Shown piece by piece: positions 29,558-37,756 of a stretch of DNA of 64,000 nt; the stretch's first letter is position 1, and every line of letters begins with the position of its first letter. Source of the stretch: an uncultured bacterium (lineage in GTDB: Bacteria; Gemmatimonadota; Gemmatimonadetes; Gemmatimonadales; Gemmatimonadaceae). The DNA lies in NCBI GenBank assembly GCA_963978095.1, contig CAXBQP010000004.1:1-64000 (forward strand). Direction: 5' to 3'. The notes below the pieces were generated by a model. That model searched no databases and was not told where the DNA came from. It saw only the letters and a program-made list of their open reading frames with translations. The position numbers and the translations under genes were made by a program.

Positions 29558-31414
29558 CTATTGCCCTCCGACCATGCTCGCCGGGTTCAACGCGCGGTCG
29601 AGTGCCTCGCGCGTCACCCACTGCTTCTCCAGCACGAGTTCATACACCCCGCGTCCGCTCGCCAAGGCCTCCTTGGCAATCTCCGTGCACCGCTCGTATC
29701 CGATCACCGGCACGAGCGCGGTGACGATGCCGATGCTCTGCTCGACGAAGTGCCGCATCCGGTCCGGATTCGCGGTGATCCCCTCGACGCACTTCTCGCG
29801 CAGTACGATGCAGGCGTTACGCATGGTCTTGATGCTGCTGAGCAAGCGATAGGCGATCACAGGCTCGAACACGTTCAGTTGCAACTGCCCGGCCTCGGCC
29901 GCCATGGTCACGGTCATGTCGCCGCCGATCACATCGAAGCACACCTGGTTCACCACTTCCGGAATCACGGGGTTCACCTTCCCCGGCATGATGCTGGAGC
30001 CCGGCTGCATCGGCGGGAGATTGATCTCCCCCAATCCCGTGCGCGGGCCGCTCGAGAGCAGGCGCAGGTCGTTGCAGATCTTGCTCAACTTCACGGCGCA
30101 GCGCTTCAACACGCCGGAGAGTTGCACGAACGCCCCCGTGTCGGATGTCGCCTCCACCAGGTCGGGAGCGGTGATCATGGTCAGCCCGGTGACTTCCGAG
30201 AGTCGCTGGCAGACCAAGGCGGCGTAGCCGCTCGGCGCGGTGATCCCGGTGCCAATGGCGGTCGCCCCCATGTTCATCTCCCGGATCAGCGCTTGCGCCT
30301 CCGAGAGCCGATCGATGTCTTCCTGCATGGTGTGCGCGAAGGCGGCGAACTCCTGACCCAGCGTCATGGGGACCGCATCCTGCAGCTGCGTCCGGCCCAT
30401 CTTGAGATACGGCGCGAACTCCTCGCCCTTGGCGAGGAAGGCGCCGACGAGCCCCGCCATCGCGTCCTTCAGCCCGACAATCGCGTGGTGCATCGCCAGC
30501 TTGACCGATGTCGGGTAGACATCGTTCGTGCTCTGCGAGTGATTCACGTGGTTGTTGGGATGCACGGTCGCGTAGGAGCCGCGCGGCAAGCCGAGCAACT
30601 CGAGGGCGCGGTTCGCGATGACCTCGTTGGCGTTCATGTTGGTGCTCGTGCCGGCACCGCCCTGGATCATGTCCACCAGAAAATGTTCGTGATGGCGCCC
30701 GTCGGCGATCTCGTGACACGCCCGAACGATCGCGTCGCAGACCTCGGGGCTGATCAACCCCAGTTCCGCATTGGCCTTGGCGGCGGCCTCCTTCACCTGC
30801 GCCAGCGCGACGATCAACTCGGGGAACTCCCGGAGCGGCACGCCGGTGATCGGGAAGTTCTCCAGCGCGCGGAGGGTCTGCACGCCGTACAGCGCGGCGT
30901 CGGGGATCTCCCGTTCGCCGAGCAGGTCGTGTTCGAGACGACGCGCACCGCCGCGGAAGCTCATGCCGCGGCCACGGCCGGTCAGCGTCGCATCGGCACT
31001 CTTGAGGCGCTCGGCGATCGCCTGCGCGGCTTTCGTGACGAGCGCCGCGTGCAGGCTGGGTTGCTCGCGGAGCAGCGGCGCGAGACTGGATTTGGGGAAG
31101 AGGAGCATCGTCGTCGCTGTGAGGGCGCGCGCGGACGTGCCGTGCGTGACGTCGTCCAGGAGCACCCCTTCGCCGATGACCTCGCCCGCGCCGAGGGCCG
31201 CCAGTCGCTCGTGGCCCACCCCGTGTTCGATCGCCAGCGTTCCCGTGAGGACCACACCGAAGAACTGTCGTGCCTCCCCTTCCCGGAACAGGAGTTCATC
31301 GGCGGAAAGGGTACGCGCTTCGGCGATCCTGCCGAGATTCCAGAGGAGCGTTTCGGGAAGACCGTGGAAGAAGGCCACGTGCTTGAGCAGGTCTCGATTT
31401 GGCGCGCTGGTCAT
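29558..31414 (-). CDS. aspA: Aspartate ammonia-lyase with N-terminal cyclic nucleotide-binding domain
   Basis: N-terminal 150 aa LFREGE...VVLTG...LGAGEVIGE (CAP/cNMP fold), then EHDLLG, YGVQTLRA, QGGAGTS, KMGRTQLQDA, GSSIMPGKVN. Real start at 31414. Confidence 0.93.
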   Translation of the reverse strand: MTSAPNRDLLKHVAFFHGLPETLLWNLGRIAEARTLSADELLFREGEARQFFGVVLTGTLAIEHGVGHERLAALGAGEVIGEGVLLDDVTHGTSARALTATTMLLFPKSSLAPLLREQPSLHAALVTKAAQAIAERLKSADATLTGRGRGMSFRGGARRLEHDLLGEREIPDAALYGVQTLRALENFPITGVPLREFPELIVALAQVKEAAAKANAELGLISPEVCDAIVRACHEIADGRHHEHFLVDMIQGGAGTSTNMNANEVIANRALELLGLPRGSYATVHPNNHVNHSQSTNDVYPTSVKLAMHHAIVGLKDAMAGLVGAFLAKGEEFAPYLKMGRTQLQDAVPMTLGQEFAAFAHTMQEDIDRLSEAQALIREMNMGATAIGTGITAPSGYAALVCQRLSEVTGLTMITAPDLVEATSDTGAFVQLSGVLKRCAVKLSKICNDLRLLSSGPRTGLGEINLPPMQPGSSIMPGKVNPVIPEVVNQVCFDVIGGDMTVTMAAEAGQLQLNVFEPVIAYRLLSSIKTMRNACIVLREKCVEGITANPDRMRHFVEQSIGIVTALVPVIGYERCTEIAKEALASGRGVYELVLEKQWVTREALDRALNPASMVGGQ

Positions 31415-31501
31415 AGGGGAAAAAGCTACCCGGTGTGCGGCGGCGCGGGTAGCGAAGGGAACCCCGGAGCGAGTAGCCTTCAACATGACGCCACATGAGC
31501 C

Positions 31502-32785
31502 ATGCCGGTGACGGCAGCATCGGGATCCGTCGTCGAGCGCGTCTATCTCTCCGACGCGGCGCTCCGGGAGTCCACGATCGATGTGTCGCGGATGGCATTG
31601 CCCCCGGTCCTGCGGCCGGCCGCGCGCCTGTCGGTGTTGGACATCACCGAATTCTACGGTGACACCACGGGCGGGATCCGCACCTATCTGCGCCAGAAAT
31701 CGGCGTACGTCGAGGCGCGGCCGGAGTTTCGGCAGGTGCTGGTGCTTCCCTCGCCACGCGACCATGTCGCCCAGAGCGACGGGGTCCGCAGCTACCGCTT
31801 GCAGGGGCCGAAGGTCCCCAAGCAGGCGCCCTACCGGTTCATGCTGGCCACATCCAGCAATCGTCGCATCATGCGCCATGAACGTCCCGACGTCGTCGAG
31901 ATCGGGAGCCCCGGCTTCGTCCCGTGGATCGCCAAGCTGGCCACGCGCGGGCTCGATATCCCGCTCGTGGCCTTCTGGCACAGCAACTTCCCGCGGGTCC
32001 TGGCGCCATTTCCGGAGTCCGCGGATGCCTTTCGCCGGGCGCTCTGGGAATTGGGGTGGCGGTACGCCCGACAGATCGACAAGCAGGTGGCGATGTCGAT
32101 CGTCTGCTCGCGGTTCGTGGCGGACGATCTCCGGGCCGCGGGGATCGATCGCGTGGCCCACATCCCGCTCGGCGTCGACCTGGATCAGTATCACCCCGGG
32201 CGTCGCGCCCATCGCGACGCGGTGCGGGCGCGGCTCGGGCTGCCCGACGGTCTCGTGGCAGGCTTCGTCGGCCGCTTCGCCCGGGAGAAGGAACTCGAGC
32301 TTGCCTTGCGCGCGTGGCCGGAGGTGTATCGTCGCACCGGTGCCATCCTGGCCCTGATCGGGGCGGGTCCGATCCAAGCGCAGCTCGAAGCCCTCGCTGA
32401 TGGCGCCGACTGGGTCCGGTTCCTGCCGTATCAGGGCAACCGGGATGCGCTCGCGGATCTGTTGGCCGCGCTCGATCTCTTCGTGGCGCCGAGCTCGAAT
32501 GAAACGTTCGGACTGGCTCCTCTCGAAGCGCAGGCGTCGGGGACGCCGGTGATCGCGGCGAACCGGGGCGGGATCGGTGAGCAGGTCGAGGCCGGCGGTG
32601 CGGGGGCGATCTTCGACGCGGGAAGTGCTGGCTCGTTCCGGGAGGTGGCCATACGCCTGTTGACGTCCGACCTCGCGGCGCTGGGCGCCAAGGGGCGGGC
32701 ATACGCCGAGACCGACCATTCGTGGGATACCGTGTTCGACCGCATCTTCGCCGTGTACGCGCAGGTGGTGCGCGACCATGGGTAA
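31502..32785 (+). CDS. GT4 family glycosyltransferase
   Basis: GGIRTY, FVGRFAREK, NETFGLAPLEAQASGTPV. Start uncertain. Confidence 0.9.
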   Translation: MPVTAASGSVVERVYLSDAALRESTIDVSRMALPPVLRPAARLSVLDITEFYGDTTGGIRTYLRQKSAYVEARPEFRQVLVLPSPRDHVAQSDGVRSYRLQGPKVPKQAPYRFMLATSSNRRIMRHERPDVVEIGSPGFVPWIAKLATRGLDIPLVAFWHSNFPRVLAPFPESADAFRRALWELGWRYARQIDKQVAMSIVCSRFVADDLRAAGIDRVAHIPLGVDLDQYHPGRRAHRDAVRARLGLPDGLVAGFVGRFAREKELELALRAWPEVYRRTGAILALIGAGPIQAQLEALADGADWVRFLPYQGNRDALADLLAALDLFVAPSSNETFGLAPLEAQASGTPVIAANRGGIGEQVEAGGAGAIFDAGSAGSFREVAIRLLTSDLAALGAKGRAYAETDHSWDTVFDRIFAVYAQVVRDHG

Positions 32786-32801
32786 GCGCGGAGGGGTGCC
32801 G

Positions 32802-33530
32802 ATGTCCGACGACACGAGACACTTGCTGATCACGATCCATGACGTCACGCCCGCGCTGCAGGATCGGGTCGAAATCCTCTGGCGCCTCTGCCGTGCGCAC
32901 GGGGTGGTGCCGGGGTTGCTCGTCGTTCCCGATTGGCATGGAGGGTCCCCGATCGAAGGGGAGCCCCTGTTCGGGGAGTGGGTCCGTGCGCGCGCGGCGG
33001 AAGGAGCGGAGATCTTTCTGCACGGCGAGCGGCACGACGAAATCGGCGCGCCCCGAAGCTGGCGTGACGAACTGCGTGCGCTCGGACGTACCAATCGGGA
33101 AGGGGAGTTCCTCACGCTCGGCCTGGACGCCGCCTCCGCGAAGATCGCGCGCGGGCTCGCGCGACTCCGCGCCTTGGGGTTGGCCCCGATCGGGTTCGTG
33201 CCGCCGGCGTGGCTCGCGAAGCCGGACACGCACGTGGCCTGTCGGAAGGCCGGGCTCGCCGTGAGCGAGGACGACAGCACGGTGTTCGTGCACACGACCA
33301 ACACCGCACTCGCCTCACCCGTCGTGCGCTGGAGTGCGCGCGGGGCCTGCCGCTCGTATGGGTCGGTGGTGCAGGAACGGTTGCGGTGGACGCTGCAGCG
33401 AGAGGCGCCCGTCGTGCGCATCGCGCTCCATCCGGCAGATCTCGATCATCCCGCGGTGGAGCGCAGCCTCGACCGCGCCCTCGGCGACTGGCTTCGCGTG
33501 CGAAGGCAGACGTCGTACGCCGAGCTGTAG
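32802..33530 (+). CDS. DUF2334 / polysaccharide deacetylase family protein
   Basis: TIHDV, LHGERH, EGEF, GFVPPAW, RIALHPAD. GGAGG before ATG 32802. Confidence 0.85.
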   Translation: MSDDTRHLLITIHDVTPALQDRVEILWRLCRAHGVVPGLLVVPDWHGGSPIEGEPLFGEWVRARAAEGAEIFLHGERHDEIGAPRSWRDELRALGRTNREGEFLTLGLDAASAKIARGLARLRALGLAPIGFVPPAWLAKPDTHVACRKAGLAVSEDDSTVFVHTTNTALASPVVRWSARGACRSYGSVVQERLRWTLQREAPVVRIALHPADLDHPAVERSLDRALGDWLRVRRQTSYAEL

Positions 33531-33614
33531 CCCCGGTCGAGGGGTCTCACCTGTTCGTGTCGCGGACCGCTCGCTACAATAGCGCTATACCCACACCAGC
33601 TTCGGAGCCCAGTC

Positions 33615-34784
33615 GTGTCCAACTCCCGCCGCGAATTTCTCGAAAAATCGGCCACTCTGGCCGCCCTCGGTTTTCTTCCTCGTGAGATCAGTGCATCGGA
33701 GTGGCTCGACGAGCGTGCGCGGGCACGACGCGCCGTCCCGACCGCCAACTTCCGGGCCCGCCCCGTGATCGTCGGATCCGCCAACGGGTTCCATACGGAT
33801 CGTCCCGCCGGCGTGAAGATCGCGTACGACAAACTGGTCGCCGGTGGTGATCCGCTGGATGCGGTGATTGCCGGTGTGAACACGCAGGAGCTCGATCCAA
33901 CGGATCAGTCGGTCGGTCTCGGCGGACTCCCCAACGAGGAAGGGGTCGTGCAACTCGACGCGAGTTGCATGCACGGCCCGACCAAGCGCGCCGGCTCGGT
34001 GGCGGGACTCGAGGGGATCGCGACGCCCAGTCTCGTGGCCAAGGCCGTGATGGACTACACCGATCATCTCATGCTCGTCGGCGCCGATGCCAAGCGCTTC
34101 GCGCTGGCGATGGGGTTCAAGGAGCAGGACTTGCTGACCGAGAAGTCCAAGCAGGACTGGCTGCGCTGGAAGGCGAGCAAGCCGACCGGCGGCTGGACCA
34201 GTGCCGAGAAGCGTGCAGCCTGGCTCAAGTGGAACGCGGATCGCGGCAACCTGAAGAGCCAGCCCGAACAGGGCGGATTCGACGCGAACGCCGAGGTCAA
34301 CTGGACGCACGGGACGATCAACATGGATGCGGTGACGGCGAGCGGTGACATCGCGAGCGTCACCACGACCAGCGGGATGGCGTGGAAGATCCCGGGACGG
34401 ATCGGCGATTCCCCGATCATCGGCGCGGGACAGTATTGCGACAACACCGTTGGCGCGGCGGGAAGCACCGGTCGCGGCGAGAGCAACATCATGGTCTGCG
34501 GCGCGTTCCTCGCGGTCGAGTTCATGCGGCAGGGCAAGACACCGGAAGAAGCGCTGATGTTGGTGATGAAGCGCGTGATCGCGATGAGCGAGAAGCGGCT
34601 GTTGGACGACAAGGGACGTCCGTACTTCGATCTCGACTTCTATGCCGTGACCAAGGATGGTCGCGTGGCGGGCGCGTGTGCCTACGAGGGGAGTTCGTTC
34701 GCGACGTGCGACGAGAAGGGCCCGCGCCTGATCAAGTCGGCCTATCTGTTCAAGGCGTCGGAACGACCGAAGCCGCGGAGCTGA
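33615..34784 (+). CDS. Tat-exported Ntn-hydrolase of the type 2 asparaginase / glycosylasparaginase family
   Basis: SRREFL twin-arginine signal, SVGLGGLP, LDAS, HGT autocleavage site, GRIGDSPIIGAG, TGRGE. Confidence 0.9.
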   Translation: MSNSRREFLEKSATLAALGFLPREISASEWLDERARARRAVPTANFRARPVIVGSANGFHTDRPAGVKIAYDKLVAGGDPLDAVIAGVNTQELDPTDQSVGLGGLPNEEGVVQLDASCMHGPTKRAGSVAGLEGIATPSLVAKAVMDYTDHLMLVGADAKRFALAMGFKEQDLLTEKSKQDWLRWKASKPTGGWTSAEKRAAWLKWNADRGNLKSQPEQGGFDANAEVNWTHGTINMDAVTASGDIASVTTTSGMAWKIPGRIGDSPIIGAGQYCDNTVGAAGSTGRGESNIMVCGAFLAVEFMRQGKTPEEALMLVMKRVIAMSEKRLLDDKGRPYFDLDFYAVTKDGRVAGACAYEGSSFATCDEKGPRLIKSAYLFKASERPKPRS

Positions 34785-34785
34785 T

Positions 34786-35832
34786 GTGAACGCGAACGAC
34801 CACGAACTCGCCGGCCTGCAGCGTCGGGTCGGTACGGCGGCGCTGGCGCTCGTCGCGGTGTTCGTGGTGGCGGTCGTGGGCTATCGCATCATCGGAGGCG
34901 CCGCGCACGGCTGGCTCGACGCGACGTACATGTCCGTCATCATGCTCACGACCACCGGCTTGAAGGAGGTCGTACCCACGGATTCGGTCGGTGCGCAGAT
35001 CTTCACCATGGCGATCCTGCTCTTCGGAGCGACCGCCGCGGTCTACACGCTGTCGATGATCACCGCCTTCATCGTCGAAGGCGACCTGACGCAGGGATTC
35101 CGGAGACGCCGTATGCAGAAGCGGATCGACGCGATGACGGGGCACTTCATTGTGTGCGGGGCGGGACAAACCGGCTCCACCGTGCTCCGCGAACTCGTGC
35201 GCACGCAGCGACCGTGCGTCACGATCGAGCAGAATCATGCACATCTTGCATCGCTGGAAGCGGAGTTGCCTGGAGTGCCGGCGTTGCACGGGGACTGCTC
35301 CGACGACGAGACCTTGCTGCGCGCGGGTGTGCAACGTGCGGCGGGGCTGGTGGTCTGCACCGATGATGACAAGAATGCATTGGTCACGACCGTCCTCGCG
35401 CGGCAGCTGAATCCTGACATCCGCGTGATTGCCCGTGCCTCCACCGACAAGGCGGCGTCCCGACTGCGACAGGCCGGGGCCGATGGTGTGGTCTCACCCG
35501 CGCAGATCGGCGGCATGCGACTCGTGAGTGAGTTGGTGCGTCCCACCGTGGTGACCTTCCTCGATACCATGCTGCGCGACACCAACCGGAACTTGCGGAT
35601 CGAGGAGGTGCCCGTGAGTGCCGGGAGTCCCTTTGCCGAGCAGCCGGTCGCCACGCTGCGACACCACAAGGCCGGGCATGGCATGCTCCTGCTGGCGATG
35701 CGCGCACCCTCGGGTGAGTATCTGTTCAACCCGCCGGACGACACCATCGTCCAAGTGGGCGGTCACCTCATCATGATGGGGGATCCGAGCGGCGTGGCCA
35801 CTCTCCGATCAACGGCTACTTCGGGTTCGTGA
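34786..35832 (+). CDS. 2-TM potassium channel family protein with RCK (TrkA-N/TrkA-C) domains
   Basis: TM-pore-TM, filter region TTTGLKE, CGAGQTG Rossmann, AGADGVVSP, C-terminal TrkA-C domain. Confidence 0.88.
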   Translation: MNANDHELAGLQRRVGTAALALVAVFVVAVVGYRIIGGAAHGWLDATYMSVIMLTTTGLKEVVPTDSVGAQIFTMAILLFGATAAVYTLSMITAFIVEGDLTQGFRRRRMQKRIDAMTGHFIVCGAGQTGSTVLRELVRTQRPCVTIEQNHAHLASLEAELPGVPALHGDCSDDETLLRAGVQRAAGLVVCTDDDKNALVTTVLARQLNPDIRVIARASTDKAASRLRQAGADGVVSPAQIGGMRLVSELVRPTVVTFLDTMLRDTNRNLRIEEVPVSAGSPFAEQPVATLRHHKAGHGMLLLAMRAPSGEYLFNPPDDTIVQVGGHLIMMGDPSGVATLRSTATSGS

Positions 35833-37561
35833 CGTCCGTGCGTCGCGGCGAACGATCCATCTGATCGAGCCAGCGCATCGACACGCGAATCAACGAATCG
35901 AGGCGAACGCCCGTGGTGGTCATCGGCAGCGTCATCGTCGTGGTCCGCTCCGCAAACCCGCTGGTCGCCGTCAGGTCGCGGAGCGTCATCGTCCACAGCA
36001 GGCTGTCACCCGACATCACTTTGGGTCGTACCGAGACGATCATGTCGGCATGCAGCGCCTCGGCGACGGTCCGCGGATTGCGGGTGCCAGCCAGCACCGC
36101 GCGTGTCGAGTCGGCGGGAACCACCGCGAATCGGCCCCGCGCCCTCGAGAGCGCGCGTCGCATGCGGCTCATGATCACGGCGCCGGAATCCGCGAGCGCG
36201 GGGTTCCGCGGATCGGGCGCCGGGTCGGCGACCACGACCCGACGGGCAGGGCCGAGCGCGGCGGCCCGAGCCTCCCAGTGCGCGGGGGTGAGCTGCTGCA
36301 TGCTGCGCACCGATCGGTCGGTGAAGGCGGTGGCCACGGCGGCCCGCGAGGTTCCCCGCAAGGAATCCAGCACGGCCTTTTGAATCTCGGCGCGTAGCGA
36401 ATCCGCGAGCGCGGCCATCACCGCCGCGTCCGGAATCGTGCGCGGTTTCGGGGTCATCATCGCCGACGCCCGCTCGGAGAACTTGGCCTCGATGGCTGCG
36501 GTGATCGCCAACGAATCCGCACGCGTAAGCGCGGTCACCGCCGCACTCTCGGCGATGGTCCGCGCACTGTCGGGCGCGGCCGTGATCGCGGCGCGGTTGC
36601 GTCCACGCTGGACGACCAACAGCGTCATCACCACGGCGACCACGGTCGTCAACGCGATGACCGTCCGACGCGTCGGCGCGACGGCCGACGCACCGGCCCC
36701 GGCAGGAACCGCGATGTCAGCGAGTTGGTCGAGGAGCTCGGTGGCGTGCCGGGGGCGCTCGCCCGGGTCCTTCGCCAGGCACCGCATGATCAGCGCCCGC
36801 AATCTGGGCGGGACATCGGCCCGCACCAGTTCGATCGGCGGCGGTGCCTGAGTCAGTTGCGCGGCCATCGTCTCGGCCGGTGATGCGCGCTCGAAGGGCG
36901 CCGTGCCCGTGAGCAGTTCATAGGCGAGCAGACCCACCGCATAAATGTCCACGCGCTGGTCTGCCGCGGGATCGCCGGCGAGCTGCTCCGGTGCCATGTA
37001 GGCCGGAGTGCCGATCACCATCCCGCTCGCGGTCATCCCCACCGCCGGCATCGCTGCGGAGATGGCTTTTGCCACGCCGAAGTCGGTGACGACCGCGTGC
37101 GTACCGCTTCGCAGCACATTGCCGGGCTTGATGTCCCGGTGGATCACGCCGCGCCCGTGCGCGTACGCGAGCGCATCGACGACATCCTGCAGGATCCGCA
37201 TCACGTCACGCGGCGTGAAGCGCTGGGGGCGCTCCCCATGCAACGCATGTTTGAGCGACTCCCCCTCGATGAATGGCATGGTGTAATACAGCAGATCGCC
37301 GTGCGCACCGGCCGCATACAACGGGACGATGTGGGGATGCTGCAGCTGCGCCGCGAGCTGGATCTCGCGACGGAATCGTTCGCGATTCACCCCCGCCGCG
37401 AGCTCCGGCGGCAGGACCTTGATGACGACCTTCCGGTTCAGCGCCCGCTCGGTCGCCAGGTAGACGCGGCTCATGCCGCCACCCGGCAACTCACGCTCCA
37501 GCGCGAACTGGGTGCCGAATGCTTCTCGAATCTGCTGGTCGAACTCGTGGGCTTCGGCCAT
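35816..37561 (-). CDS. Membrane-anchored Ser/Thr protein kinase with extracytoplasmic domain
   Basis: GGGMSRVY, HRDIKPGN, DFG, GTPAYMAPE, one TM helix and a C-terminal domain. Confidence 0.92.
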   Translation of the reverse strand: MAEAHEFDQQIREAFGTQFALERELPGGGMSRVYLATERALNRKVVIKVLPPELAAGVNRERFRREIQLAAQLQHPHIVPLYAAGAHGDLLYYTMPFIEGESLKHALHGERPQRFTPRDVMRILQDVVDALAYAHGRGVIHRDIKPGNVLRSGTHAVVTDFGVAKAISAAMPAVGMTASGMVIGTPAYMAPEQLAGDPAADQRVDIYAVGLLAYELLTGTAPFERASPAETMAAQLTQAPPPIELVRADVPPRLRALIMRCLAKDPGERPRHATELLDQLADIAVPAGAGASAVAPTRRTVIALTTVVAVVMTLLVVQRGRNRAAITAAPDSARTIAESAAVTALTRADSLAITAAIEAKFSERASAMMTPKPRTIPDAAVMAALADSLRAEIQKAVLDSLRGTSRAAVATAFTDRSVRSMQQLTPAHWEARAAALGPARRVVVADPAPDPRNPALADSGAVIMSRMRRALSRARGRFAVVPADSTRAVLAGTRNPRTVAEALHADMIVSVRPKVMSGDSLLWTMTLRDLTATSGFAERTTTMTLPMTTTGVRLDSLIRVSMRWLDQMDRSPRRTDVTNPK

Positions 37562-37756
37562 CGGGGTGTCGAGAGGGGAGACGGAAAGCTAGCCCGCGTC
37601 CGGAGGGACGGACAGCGGCGACCACGACGTGGCACTGTCTTCAAGACGGTCAGCGTCCATGCGACGTTCCTGTCGTGACAGGTCGACCGGTACAGAGGAG
37701 CACCCCGACGGGCTAGATTTCACGGGACGACATTCCGCCGCCCACTCCCTACGACC

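Noticed and set aside
29558..33421. 1287-aa ORF as a giant aspartase fusion
   Set aside because: The part upstream of 31414 is the antisense shadow of the GT4 and deacetylase genes; the real start at 31414 has a -10-like box.
35816..35832. 17-nt 3' overlap of the channel and kinase genes
   Set aside because: Short convergent overlaps are common; no further evidence of function.
37562..37756. Possible T-box riboswitch before leuS
   Set aside because: No GGTGGNACC T-box or terminator; the leader after the -10 box is too short.
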